56,384 bases of DNA, from the NCBI GenBank assembly GCA_003697105.1, contig RFFQ01000169.1:1-56384 (forward strand). The letters are read 5' to 3'. Numbering within the stretch: position 1 is the first letter of the stretch; every line of letters begins with the position of its first letter. The notes beneath the pieces are model-generated. The model did not search any database. It had not been told where the DNA came from and was given only the letters and a program-made list of their open reading frames with translations. The stretch comes from Gemmatimonadota bacterium. Lineage in GTDB: Bacteria > 4572-55 > J002. The position numbers and the translations under genes are program-made. Below, piece by piece: positions 39,087-48,519 of this stretch.

Positions 39087-40265
39087 GTGGCACTACAAGG
39101 CGACTTAAAAGATTTTCATCTCAATGACATTATCCAGCTAATCCATATGGGGAAGCAGACCGGTGCGATCCATATTGATACGGCTACAGCACATGGAGTG
39201 ATCTATTTTGAGGACGGTGAAGCCGTTCATGCCACCATTGGAGATCAAGCCACGGGAGAAAGAGCGGTCTTCCAGATTTTGCACTGGCTTGAAGGAGAAT
39301 TCACCTTTTTGCCCAATCAGACGACGACCGAACGATCCATCTCCATGAACGTCCAGAATCTGGTGATGGAAGGCACCCGCCAAATCGATGAGTGGGAACG
39401 GCTACGCGATCTCATCCCCTCACTGGATATTGTTGTGAAGTTTAACAGTGACCCGGGGAGCAGTACGCAGGACATCAATTTACATCCCAAAGAGTGGAAA
39501 GTGCTCTCCCTTGTCAATGGGTTACGGAGCGTGCGGGAGATTGCCGCTCAATGTGGCCTCTCTGAATTTGAAACGTGTAAGACATTGTACGGGTTGATCT
39601 CATCCGGTCTGTTGGCAGTGGTCAAGGATGCTCCGGTAAAACCTGCCGAACCGGTGACGATCACCGATAATGCTCCGGCAGCAACACAAACCCCGCCTTC
39701 ACCGGCTAAACGAGCCATCCCATCTGATCAAGACCCTTCAAAATCAAGTATCTGGAATATCTTTGGTATTGGGGGCGCAAAAAAAGAAAAAGAGCGTGAA
39801 AAACGAGAGTCCGCCGTTGATATTCCACCAGAGCAATTGCAACGAATTCGGAACGATGACTCGCCGCCGCAACTGGAAGCCATGGAAACCTTTATCAATG
39901 CGCTCCTTGATGACTACGAAACGCCAAAAGGGCTTTTCCCCGCGGTTAAATTCTCAATGCCGCTTGCCCAACGCATCCGTAAATACGAGCAAAAATTCCC
40001 AGCGATGAAGTACGTCCTTGTAAAAGATGGTCGAATTGATACCCTTTATGCCGAATCTCAAGTGCAAAGTGGGGGAGCAGAACAACAGGATATTCTGTTT
40101 GGCTTAGGTGACATCGCTCAAGATTTGCTTGAAGATGCTAAAAAGAGTTTGACGCCACGCTCTGCAGTGAGCCGCTACAATGCCACCTTTGACCGAATAT
40201 TTAAAGACCATTTTGATATTCGCGCTTTGGAACTCGGCGCATTTATCAAAAAAGCCAGCCCATGA
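39087..40265 (+). CDS. DUF4388 (PATAN-like) domain protein with wHTH-like middle and unknown C-terminal domain
   Basis: MALQGDLKDFHLNDIIQLI...TG.I...G.IYFEDG..VHA...GEF.F; EWKVLSLVNG.RSVREIA. Confidence 0.8.
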   Translation: MALQGDLKDFHLNDIIQLIHMGKQTGAIHIDTATAHGVIYFEDGEAVHATIGDQATGERAVFQILHWLEGEFTFLPNQTTTERSISMNVQNLVMEGTRQIDEWERLRDLIPSLDIVVKFNSDPGSSTQDINLHPKEWKVLSLVNGLRSVREIAAQCGLSEFETCKTLYGLISSGLLAVVKDAPVKPAEPVTITDNAPAATQTPPSPAKRAIPSDQDPSKSSIWNIFGIGGAKKEKEREKRESAVDIPPEQLQRIRNDDSPPQLEAMETFINALLDDYETPKGLFPAVKFSMPLAQRIRKYEQKFPAMKYVLVKDGRIDTLYAESQVQSGGAEQQDILFGLGDIAQDLLEDAKKSLTPRSAVSRYNATFDRIFKDHFDIRALELGAFIKKASP

Positions 40266-40666
40266 TCGCCCAGATTCATGTCCGTGTCCGTTATGCGGAA
40301 ACCGACCAGATGGGGATCGTTTACCACGCAAATTATTTTCAATGGTTTGAAATGGGACGTACCCATCTCCTGCGGGAAGCTGGTCTCCCATACAAAGACC
40401 TTGAACTCGCCGGATTTCGCTTGCCCGTTTTAGAAGCTCATTGCAAATACCTCAAACCTGCCCATTATGATGACCTGCTCCGCATTGAATCTACCTTGCA
40501 TGAAGTGCAGCGGGCGAGTTTGATTATCAATTATACCCTCTTTAACGCAGAGACGGAAACCATGCTGGCAACTGGATATACCAAACACGGTGTTATCAAT
40601 CAAGAGGGTAAACTCACCCGCATTCCCCCCATACTCAAAACCGCTTTAGATAACGCCCGGTTGTGA
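40262..40666 (+). CDS. YbgC/FadM-family acyl-CoA thioesterase (hotdog fold)
   Basis: RVRYAETDQMGIVYHANYFQWFEMGR; ATGA overlap with the upstream gene. Confidence 0.93.
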   Translation: MIAQIHVRVRYAETDQMGIVYHANYFQWFEMGRTHLLREAGLPYKDLELAGFRLPVLEAHCKYLKPAHYDDLLRIESTLHEVQRASLIINYTLFNAETETMLATGYTKHGVINQEGKLTRIPPILKTALDNARL

Positions 40667-40717
40667 TTGTCCTCATCCTCTTCCGGGACGTGTGATTTTT
40701 TCGATATTACTTTTTGC

Positions 40718-40745
40718 TTGACGATGCTGAATATTTCCCTATTTT
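40718..40745 (+). promoter_or_regulatory. Possible sigma70 promoter for the C25 gene
   Basis: TTGACG-16 nt-TATTTT in the intergenic region. Confidence 0.4.
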
Positions 40746-40913
40746 TATCAATCCATAAAGGTTTTCCCCACCCTTAGGTCATCCTGAAACCCCCCTAAAG
40801 CCGGAATGCTCGCCTTCACGGCTTCAAGATTATTCTCCCCAAAAAGACTGCTTAATCTGCTCGACACACCCGGTCGAGATTATCTTCAAATTTCCTTTAA
40901 GGAGGTTCTAATA

Positions 40914-43900
40914 ATGCGACTTGTGATGGCTATCACGTTGTCAGTATTGATCGGTTTTATTGGTTTTGCCTATGCGGATTGGGTTGCTATCCACGAATCT
41001 ATACCGTCTGCCACTGAGATTCAGGTGGTACAGTCCGATCTGGGCGGTTCGCACCTGCGAATCGAACTTTCTGGGGTAGAACGTGGAACAACAATCCGTA
41101 ATGGTGTGACATACACCACCCTTGATATTCCGCATGCCACCCGTCTTGCTCAGCCCGGCGCGCCGGATGTGCCTATGCTCTCCACGTGGGTTGCTGTTCC
41201 CCCTCAAGCCCGGGTAGAGGTACGTGTACGCACCGGTGATTATGAAACCCTAACCGGAGTGGATATTGCCCCCTATAGTGATGACCCGCTGGATCCCACG
41301 ATGCATTTTGTGGATGAAATGCTGTATGCCGAAAACCACTTTTTCCCCGCCGAACATGTAATTACCGGTAAACCGCAAGTCATGCGGGATGTCCGGTTTG
41401 TACCGGTTCAAATTCTGCCGGTACAAGTCAATCCGGTCACGCGGGAGGTTCGTCTTTATTCCAATATGGAAATTGAGATCGTTACCATCGGAACAGATGG
41501 TGTGAACCCGAAGACTTCCGTGTCACCGTACCCCTCTCGCGCCTTTGAACAGGTGTATCGCAGCCGGATAGTCAATTATGAGCACCTAAAACCATTTCTG
41601 TTTTCCAATTTACGGGAAGCCCCAGAAGGACTGAATTTGCTTATTATCAGTCCAGATAATTTAGCCGGTGCTTTAGGACCCTACACGGAATGGAAGAATA
41701 AAAAAGGCATTCGTACCTACGTCGCCCCTTTTGCCGAAACGGGAAACACAAGCACTCAAATTAAAGCCTACATTCAAGAATTGTATGATGACCCCGCGAC
41801 ACGTCCCGAATATCTTCTGTTTATTGGGGATGCGAATGTTTGCCCCGCATGGACCTCGACGGGCTATCTTTCGGATAATCCTTACGCTTTTTTGGAAGGT
41901 AATGATGAAGTACTGGATGCCTTCACCGGGCGGTTCCCTTGCGAACCTTCCCCATTGTCGCTGTTGACGATGGTCAACCGGACTCTGGAATATGAACAAA
42001 ATCCAGTAAATGATGGCTCCAACTGGAACAAAGATGCCGTGATGATCTGCCCGCAAGCCTCCTCCATGGAAACCAAATTTGAACATGTAACTCAAGAACT
42101 GCTGATCGATATTGGAGAGTATGATGAGATCAACGAGTATCGATCCGAAGGGCACACCGGTGAAGTTCATAGTAATATTAATGATGGCCGGGCATTTTTA
42201 AACTTCCGTGGCTACATCAGCAATTACGGGATCGATATGAACGCCATTGATCCTGATGGAAAATACCCCTTTGTGACGTGGTTGACCTGCGGGCAGTGTC
42301 GGTATAACAATAATGATTTCTGTGTTCGATGGTTGCGGGATGGGAGTTCCACCGACCCCGAAGGCGCCATTGGGTCTGTCGCCGGTTCGCAAGTTACCAA
42401 TCCACCGGAGTACGCTCGCCGCCGCGATGCGCTTGACCTTGGTATGTACAAAGCCATTTTTGAGGAAAATATTCGGGAGATGGGCGAGTTGCTCCTCTGG
42501 GGTAAAGAATACGTCAAAGAAGTCTATCCCCTGCCGGATATTTACACCGAAGACACCTACAACCATTTTTCCCTGATGGGCGACCCCACCTGCGCTATCT
42601 GGACGGAAACCCCGCTTTCAATGAATGTCGATTATATGCCGGTTATACCGCTGGGTACATTTGAATTTCCGGTACACGTTTTAGACGCCGAAGGCGAACC
42701 TGTTCCAGATGCGCTGATCTCGTTGACCCGGGTGGATGAGGACATCTACTTTAAGGCATATACTGATGAAAACGGGGAAGCCACGCTGGAACTAACTATC
42801 GATGACCTCGGCTTGTATGATTTTATTATCACCGCGGATAATAATTTGCCCTTGATTACCACCGTCGAGGCAGTGCCGGGTATGGCATTTGAAGGCTATG
42901 TCACCGATGCCATTACCGGTGCTGGCGTTCCGGCGGATGTGTTTATTGAAGGCGGCTACCATACCACCGCCCGGGTAACGGATGGATTTTACCGGCTCTA
43001 CGTGGCAGAAGCAGGAAGTTATCAACTGCAAGCGCAACGCTGGGGGTATGAAGATTACATCTCCCAGACCTTCACCATTGCCGAAAATGAAACGCTTCAT
43101 GTCGATATTGTCATGAATCCATTCGATACCGGTGTGATCGAAGGGTATGTTTATGATTTGGTGGATCGCCCGGTGGAAAATGCCGTGATCACGGCAATCC
43201 AAGAAGTCGAACAACCGCCGGTGTACACTGATGAAAACGGCTTCTATTCCATTACTTGCCCCGGCGGGTACACGTATAATGTGCGGGTGGAACACGAAAC
43301 GTTTGTGACCCAAGAGTCCTCGGTCACGGTGGAGGTCGATGACACATCAACGCTGGATTTTCATGATCTGGTCTTAATGGCAAATTTTGAGACCGACACG
43401 GATGATTTTTATCGCGGGTCGGGTCCATATCAGTGGCAACGAGGCATCCCGGGGGGCGAGGGTGCTCCAGAAGCGTATCTGGGTGAAAATGTATGGGCAA
43501 CTCGTCTTAATGGAAATTACATCGGTAATGTCCGTTCGTATCTCTACAGCCCTGTTTATTATATTTTAGACGACCCGCAAAATGAGCACCTCTCCTTTTA
43601 TCATTGGTACGAAACAAACGATGTGGATTTTCACGATGGTGGCCGGGTGCAAATTCGGGTGGAACCCAGCGATGAGTGGGAAACCATCGAGCCCATCGGT
43701 GGCTATCCCGTTGCTTATGTGCTGGCATTCAACGGTCCCGGTTTTTGTGGTACGATTGATGATTGGGAACAAGTGACGTTCGACCTCAGTATGTACGAGG
43801 GACAAAATGTGCAGTTTCGCTTTGAATTCCGCTCGGTAGTCCCAAATGATGAAACCCGCCTCGGTTGGTATCTGGATAATATGGTGATTTACGGCGCGCG

Positions 43901-45008
43901 GGATTACCTCGGTGGAGATGGATTTCGCGTCGCGGGAGCGATCCACTATGGCGGGTGGATGAACCCCGTCCCCAATGCCATGTTGGAGATGGGAGACGCA
44001 ACCACAATGAGCGATACCGAAGGTCAATATCAGTTTGAGGGAATGCCCGCCGGTAATTATACCTTAACTGCCTCAAAAACAGATGACATTACGGGAATTT
44101 CCGCATTTGATGCCGCCCGAATTGCCCAATATTCTGCCGGTAGTTACGATTTTGATGCCTATCAGGTGATCGCGGCGGATGTGACCGGAGATGGTAGTGT
44201 GAGCCCCTTTGATGCCGCTCGGGTTGCCCAATTTTCGGCGGGATCAAATCATAACTCGCAAACGGGAACGTGGGCATTCATACCGGAAATGTATCAGTAC
44301 ACACCCTTGAATGAGCACATGCTGGATCAGAACTTCAATGCCATCTTGATGGGTGAAGTCACCGGTAATTGGGCTCCAGAAGCGCAATTCAGAATGAAAA
44401 ATGACGAATTCGGGATTGCAGCAACTACGGAAGTTAGACGAATTGGTAATCAGTTGCAACTAACTGATTTTACAGATGATGTGCTGGCATTCCAGTTTAC
44501 TGTTCAAGCGAACCAATTGCCACCCGTCTCCCTGCCGGAGGGTGCGACAGATTGGCACCTGCTGGTGCAACAACAAACCGAAACCCGTTGGGAAATCGTT
44601 GCTTATGGCATGACCCCCCTTTCCACAACGGAAATACTCCACTTTGAAAATGCCGCATCCCTAGAAATTGTTAATGGACAAATCAACGAGACACCCGCCA
44701 AAGTGATCTCAACCCCTAATGTGCCGCAACATTTTGCGTTGCATGCGGCGTATCCCAATCCGTTTAACCCCAAAACAACGCTGGCATTTGATCTGCCGCA
44801 AGTAAGCCATATCCGTCTGAATATCTACGATGTCAGCGGGCATTTGGTGCGTACACTGGTCAACAGCCAACAAGACGCCGGTTACCATCAGGTGGAATGG
44901 AACGGCACCGATGACCAGAATCAAGTGGTTCGTTCTGGGGTTTATGTTTACCGGTTAGAAACCGACACCGGTTTTAATGCGACGGAATCAATGGTTCTGC
45001 TGAAATAA
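40914..45008 (+). CDS. Gingipain-like C25 family protein: propeptide, C25 domain, CarboxypepD_reg-like repeats, beta-sandwich, dockerin-like domain, FlgD-Ig/T9SS-like C-terminal domain
   Basis: Start ATG 40914 (SD AAGGAGG); propeptide GAPDVPMLS, C25 motifs EWKNKKG, YLLFIGD, SDNPY, GRFP, LMGDP; dockerin-like ISAFDAARIAQ...ADVTGDGSVSPFDAARVAQ; C-terminus YPNPFNP...SGVYVYRL...MVLLK. Confidence 0.88.
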   Translation: MRLVMAITLSVLIGFIGFAYADWVAIHESIPSATEIQVVQSDLGGSHLRIELSGVERGTTIRNGVTYTTLDIPHATRLAQPGAPDVPMLSTWVAVPPQARVEVRVRTGDYETLTGVDIAPYSDDPLDPTMHFVDEMLYAENHFFPAEHVITGKPQVMRDVRFVPVQILPVQVNPVTREVRLYSNMEIEIVTIGTDGVNPKTSVSPYPSRAFEQVYRSRIVNYEHLKPFLFSNLREAPEGLNLLIISPDNLAGALGPYTEWKNKKGIRTYVAPFAETGNTSTQIKAYIQELYDDPATRPEYLLFIGDANVCPAWTSTGYLSDNPYAFLEGNDEVLDAFTGRFPCEPSPLSLLTMVNRTLEYEQNPVNDGSNWNKDAVMICPQASSMETKFEHVTQELLIDIGEYDEINEYRSEGHTGEVHSNINDGRAFLNFRGYISNYGIDMNAIDPDGKYPFVTWLTCGQCRYNNNDFCVRWLRDGSSTDPEGAIGSVAGSQVTNPPEYARRRDALDLGMYKAIFEENIREMGELLLWGKEYVKEVYPLPDIYTEDTYNHFSLMGDPTCAIWTETPLSMNVDYMPVIPLGTFEFPVHVLDAEGEPVPDALISLTRVDEDIYFKAYTDENGEATLELTIDDLGLYDFIITADNNLPLITTVEAVPGMAFEGYVTDAITGAGVPADVFIEGGYHTTARVTDGFYRLYVAEAGSYQLQAQRWGYEDYISQTFTIAENETLHVDIVMNPFDTGVIEGYVYDLVDRPVENAVITAIQEVEQPPVYTDENGFYSITCPGGYTYNVRVEHETFVTQESSVTVEVDDTSTLDFHDLVLMANFETDTDDFYRGSGPYQWQRGIPGGEGAPEAYLGENVWATRLNGNYIGNVRSYLYSPVYYILDDPQNEHLSFYHWYETNDVDFHDGGRVQIRVEPSDEWETIEPIGGYPVAYVLAFNGPGFCGTIDDWEQVTFDLSMYEGQNVQFRFEFRSVVPNDETRLGWYLDNMVIYGARDYLGGDGFRVAGAIHYGGWMNPVPNAMLEMGDATTMSDTEGQYQFEGMPAGNYTLTASKTDDITGISAFDAARIAQYSAGSYDFDAYQVIAADVTGDGSVSPFDAARVAQFSAGSNHNSQTGTWAFIPEMYQYTPLNEHMLDQNFNAILMGEVTGNWAPEAQFRMKNDEFGIAATTEVRRIGNQLQLTDFTDDVLAFQFTVQANQLPPVSLPEGATDWHLLVQQQTETRWEIVAYGMTPLSTTEILHFENAASLEIVNGQINETPAKVISTPNVPQHFALHAAYPNPFNPKTTLAFDLPQVSHIRLNIYDVSGHLVRTLVNSQQDAGYHQVEWNGTDDQNQVVRSGVYVYRLETDTGFNATESMVLLK

Positions 45009-45040
45009 GGACTCATCCAGCATAGATGAGTTTGGCGAAT

Positions 45041-45078
45041 ATTCCCTATCACCCGAGTGGGTGGTAGGGAATTTTTTT
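45041..45078 (+). terminator. Intrinsic terminator after the C25 gene
   Basis: ATTCCCTATCACC-CGAGTG-GGTGGTAGGGAAT followed by TTTTTT. Confidence 0.85.
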
Positions 45079-45093
45079 AACTCGTTAATATTA

Positions 45094-45122
45094 TTGACAT
45101 TTTTAAGGTTATCTGGTAAACT
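45094..45122 (+). promoter_or_regulatory. Sigma70-type promoter for the protease pair
   Basis: TTGACA-17 nt-TAAACT with TGn extension. Confidence 0.75.
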
Positions 45123-45240
45123 CTTCGATTAAGGTCTGTTTGGGGATGCAAGTCGAGGGCTGGCTGGCGTCAAAAACCCAACGGGGGAATTTCTCAACTA
45201 TCTTTTTATTCACCTCTTTTATTCGAAAGGAGAGCGCATT

Positions 45241-46734
45241 ATGCCTACTTTCATTAAGCTGTTTATCACAGTTGGGCTTGCCATGTTACTGAGCATACCG
45301 GTTGCGTCTGCCCAAATTTCAATACCGGATATGTTGGAAGGTGTCTTACCGGCAGTTGTTACCGTGGCTATTAAATCTTCGGATGTGACGATGCAACCGT
45401 TTGGTTTTGCTTCCGGTACCGCCGAGATCGCTTACGAACGGGTATTAGACCTTTCTAATGCCCATAGTTCTGGGTCAGGATTTGTAATTGATCGGGGCGG
45501 CAAAAAATATGTGATCACCAATGCTCATGTGGTCCAAAATGCGGTCGGTGAGGGGTCGATTGTGGTGTACAGCATCGATCAAAGCGAATATACCATGAAG
45601 ATCGTCGGGGGAGATTCCTTTTACGACGTTGCGGTACTTGAATTTGTGGACCCCCAACCGGGCAAAGAGATCAAGACCATTCACTTCCGCGAGGGAGAGG
45701 TTCGCATTGGGGAAACCGTTTTTGCCATCGGGAATCCCTTAGGAGAATATCCTTACACCGTGACCAACGGTATTATCGGGGGAAAAAATCGCTTACTGGA
45801 TGGGATGACCGCTAAATACGGGTATCTGCAAAGTTCGGCGACGGTCATTTGGGGCAATAGCGGCGGTCCGTTGGTGGATGTTCGTGGTAATGTTGTCGGG
45901 ATTAACACCCGTATTGGAATTAAAGAGATGGAAACACAGGCGTTCATCCAGCCGCAACTTAACTTTGCTTTGGAAGCCGGTGTCGCGTCACGGATTGTCA
46001 ATGATATTATTACCAATAACGGGCGGGTGCGCCGGGCATATTTGGGCTTAGTGCTCTCGCAAAGTTACACCGACCAGTGTGATTTCTTCGGAAACTGCGT
46101 TTGGACGGAACAAGATGAACTGCCGGTACTGACCGGTTTTATCCCCGGTTCACCGGCATCCGCGGCATTTTCGGATGATCAAATTGGATTTCCGGTAGGG
46201 GCGATCAACGGGGTCCGTATTCGCAATATTGAAGAAGCTTTAGGCGAACTGGAACAGGTTCGCCCGGGAGCGAACGTGGAAATCGGTTTAGACCTCGCGG
46301 GTAAGATCATCCCTGTAACCTTCAAAACAGAAGAACTCACCGAAGCAAATTTAGCGACTCTTGCCACCTATACCTTTCAAGAATACGGTGGTATGCAACT
46401 CACCGAAACTGGGGGAACGGTTGAAATCAATGAGCTGGGGATCGATCTGGACGTATTGATGCAACTTTTTGGCATTGAATCCGAAGGCGAAGGTTTTGTA
46501 CCGGTAGAAGACGCCGGTGACGTGGGCAATACAATTTTAGCCGCCGGAATTGTCGTTGATAACAACGTTTCCGTTTGGCGTATCAGTTCCATTAAGGATT
46601 TAGGTGTGGCGACCCGCTTGGCGGCAATCAACGGGTTTGTGGATTACGTTTTGCCCACGGCGGATGATGTCTCCGTACAGCGTATCTGGTTTTCCGGTGA
46701 TGAGACGGTTCAGCAGAAATTGCTTCTGTATTAA
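45241..46734 (+). CDS. Secreted trypsin-like (S1C/HtrA-like) serine protease with PDZ-like and extra C-terminal domain
   Basis: Signal peptide, GSGF, triad TNAHVV / DVAVL / GNSGGPL, AIGNPLG, RAYLG then a PDZ-like segment. Confidence 0.9.
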   Translation: MPTFIKLFITVGLAMLLSIPVASAQISIPDMLEGVLPAVVTVAIKSSDVTMQPFGFASGTAEIAYERVLDLSNAHSSGSGFVIDRGGKKYVITNAHVVQNAVGEGSIVVYSIDQSEYTMKIVGGDSFYDVAVLEFVDPQPGKEIKTIHFREGEVRIGETVFAIGNPLGEYPYTVTNGIIGGKNRLLDGMTAKYGYLQSSATVIWGNSGGPLVDVRGNVVGINTRIGIKEMETQAFIQPQLNFALEAGVASRIVNDIITNNGRVRRAYLGLVLSQSYTDQCDFFGNCVWTEQDELPVLTGFIPGSPASAAFSDDQIGFPVGAINGVRIRNIEEALGELEQVRPGANVEIGLDLAGKIIPVTFKTEELTEANLATLATYTFQEYGGMQLTETGGTVEINELGIDLDVLMQLFGIESEGEGFVPVEDAGDVGNTILAAGIVVDNNVSVWRISSIKDLGVATRLAAINGFVDYVLPTADDVSVQRIWFSGDETVQQKLLLY

Positions 46735-46744
46735 TTCCGATGGG

Positions 46745-46777
46745 GCGATGGCGGGTTGAACCGTCATCGCTTATTTT
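46745..46777 (+). terminator. Terminator-like hairpin between the two protease genes
   Basis: GCGATGGCGG-GTTGAA-CCGTCATCGC followed by TTATTTT. Confidence 0.55.
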
Positions 46778-46789
46778 ACTTCCTTTTGC

Positions 46790-48442
46790 ATGAGTAAAAT
46801 TATGAGATTTTCGACTATTCTGATCGCGTGGGTTGTGTGTGTGGGTTGGGTTTCGTCGCTTCCGGCGGAGGCGTACCTCTCGGCAGCTCATCCCAAATAC
46901 AAAGTGGTGAAGGGTGTTTATGATGATCTCGTGCGCGCCATCGGGGATGGGCGCTCTGCTCCGGTGTTGCGGATGTCAAACAATGTTAAGGTAGCGGTAT
47001 TTTGGCCCGACCGGAACATGATTGAGGTGGAAGAAGCGGTGTATGACCTCTGTACCCGCTTGGGAGCAGATTCGCTCAATGCTCTCGCGGCGATTTTAGG
47101 GCATGAATTGGCTCATTTTTATAAAGATCACAAGTGGGTCAACGAGTTTGGCAATGCGTTTGCCGATCTTCACGCCGGCAAAACGGTGAAGTCCGCCGGA
47201 CCCGTCGAGCGGGTCAAAAGTGAAATTGAAGCAGATTACTTTGGCGGCTTTTATGGCTATCTGGCGGGTTACAACACGTTGGGAGTCACCCCGCGGATGC
47301 TAGATTCTGTTTACACCCATTACAACCTCGGAGAAAATCTGTTGGGGTATCCTTCCCTCCCAGACCGGCAGGAGATTGCCACCCGTTCTGAAACTGAATT
47401 GCGGCAGATGATTCCGGTATTTGAAGCCGCCAATCAACTAATGCTTGTGGGACGTTACGAAGAAGCGGCTCGCTGTTTTGACCACATTGCCCAATCATTC
47501 CCAAGCCGCGAAATTTTGAATAATGCCGGTGTTGCCCGCGCACTGGAAGCCCTCACCCTATTTGATGAAGGAGAACTCCCATTTGTCTATCCCTTTGTGA
47601 TGGATGCGGATACTCGCTTGCGGGGAGTGAAACCCCATGAGATACGCGCCGGTTTCGCAGAAACCAAGGAAGAACGACGTACCCGCCTTTTGGAAGAAGC
47701 CAAAGACCGGTTTGAAAGCGCCCGCGAACGGGACCCCAATTATGCCACGGCACAGGTCAATCTTGCTGCGGTGTACCATCTACTCGGTGACCCGGATATG
47801 GGTCAGGTATGGGCAACCAAAGCCGCCCGCAACGCCCTGAAACAAAACGAAATGGGCACACTGGCAAATGCCCTTATTGTACAAGGTATCATCCATGCCG
47901 CACAAGATGAAACCGATGAAGCTCTTGCCGTCTTGAACGAGGCAAAAACCCATAATGAACCGCTGGCAACGATCAATTTAGCCCGTTTGCAACCCAATGA
48001 GAATTTTGGATTTGTGCCGGAAATAGGTGAAGAAAAACGCTCGATTAAAGCAGAAACCATTGCCGGGCACCACACGATTGAGATCGAAATCATGGACCCG
48101 CCGGATGTCACCGTAGAACTCCCCGCATGGGGCGAACATCTACCTGCCATGACTATCTACACCCGCCAAACGCCTGAATGGGAAGGCTTATTCATCGATT
48201 TTGACGGGGAAAACTACTACTTTTTCCTGAAAACCCCCAAAAATTACCCCCAACATACCGCACGCGGGATTCAAATTGGCGACCCCCTCAGCCAACTTCA
48301 AACAACGTATGGCAATGCCAGCCGGATTGTGACGGCACGGCAAGGTACATACCACATTTACGAAAAAACAAAGATCATTTTTGATTTGGATGAGGCTGAG
48401 CATGTGCGCGGCTGGACACTGTTCCGGTTTGATGTGTATTGA
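46790..48442 (+). CDS. Secreted M48-like zinc metalloprotease with TPR repeats and a C-terminal domain
   Basis: Signal peptide, AILGHELAH (HExxH), EIEADYFG, YPSLPDR, TPR helices. Confidence 0.78.
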   Translation: MSKIMRFSTILIAWVVCVGWVSSLPAEAYLSAAHPKYKVVKGVYDDLVRAIGDGRSAPVLRMSNNVKVAVFWPDRNMIEVEEAVYDLCTRLGADSLNALAAILGHELAHFYKDHKWVNEFGNAFADLHAGKTVKSAGPVERVKSEIEADYFGGFYGYLAGYNTLGVTPRMLDSVYTHYNLGENLLGYPSLPDRQEIATRSETELRQMIPVFEAANQLMLVGRYEEAARCFDHIAQSFPSREILNNAGVARALEALTLFDEGELPFVYPFVMDADTRLRGVKPHEIRAGFAETKEERRTRLLEEAKDRFESARERDPNYATAQVNLAAVYHLLGDPDMGQVWATKAARNALKQNEMGTLANALIVQGIIHAAQDETDEALAVLNEAKTHNEPLATINLARLQPNENFGFVPEIGEEKRSIKAETIAGHHTIEIEIMDPPDVTVELPAWGEHLPAMTIYTRQTPEWEGLFIDFDGENYYFFLKTPKNYPQHTARGIQIGDPLSQLQTTYGNASRIVTARQGTYHIYEKTKIIFDLDEAEHVRGWTLFRFDVY

Positions 48443-48461
48443 ACGTTACCAGAAAAATAAG

Positions 48462-48490
48462 ACCTGACCGTTTTTCAAAAACGGTCAGGT
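48462..48490. repeat. Perfect 14-bp inverted repeat between convergent genes (terminator or REP-like element)
   Basis: ACCTGACCGTTTTT-C-AAAAACGGTCAGGT. Confidence 0.8.
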
Positions 48491-48519
48491 TGCGGTCACT
48501 TCTGCCCTTTACGCCCCCG

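Noticed and set aside
45146-45159. ATGCAAGTCGAGGG, matching a conserved 16S rRNA 5' motif
   Set aside because: Only 14 nt, with no surrounding rRNA similarity; most likely chance. No riboswitch consensus was recognised in this leader either.
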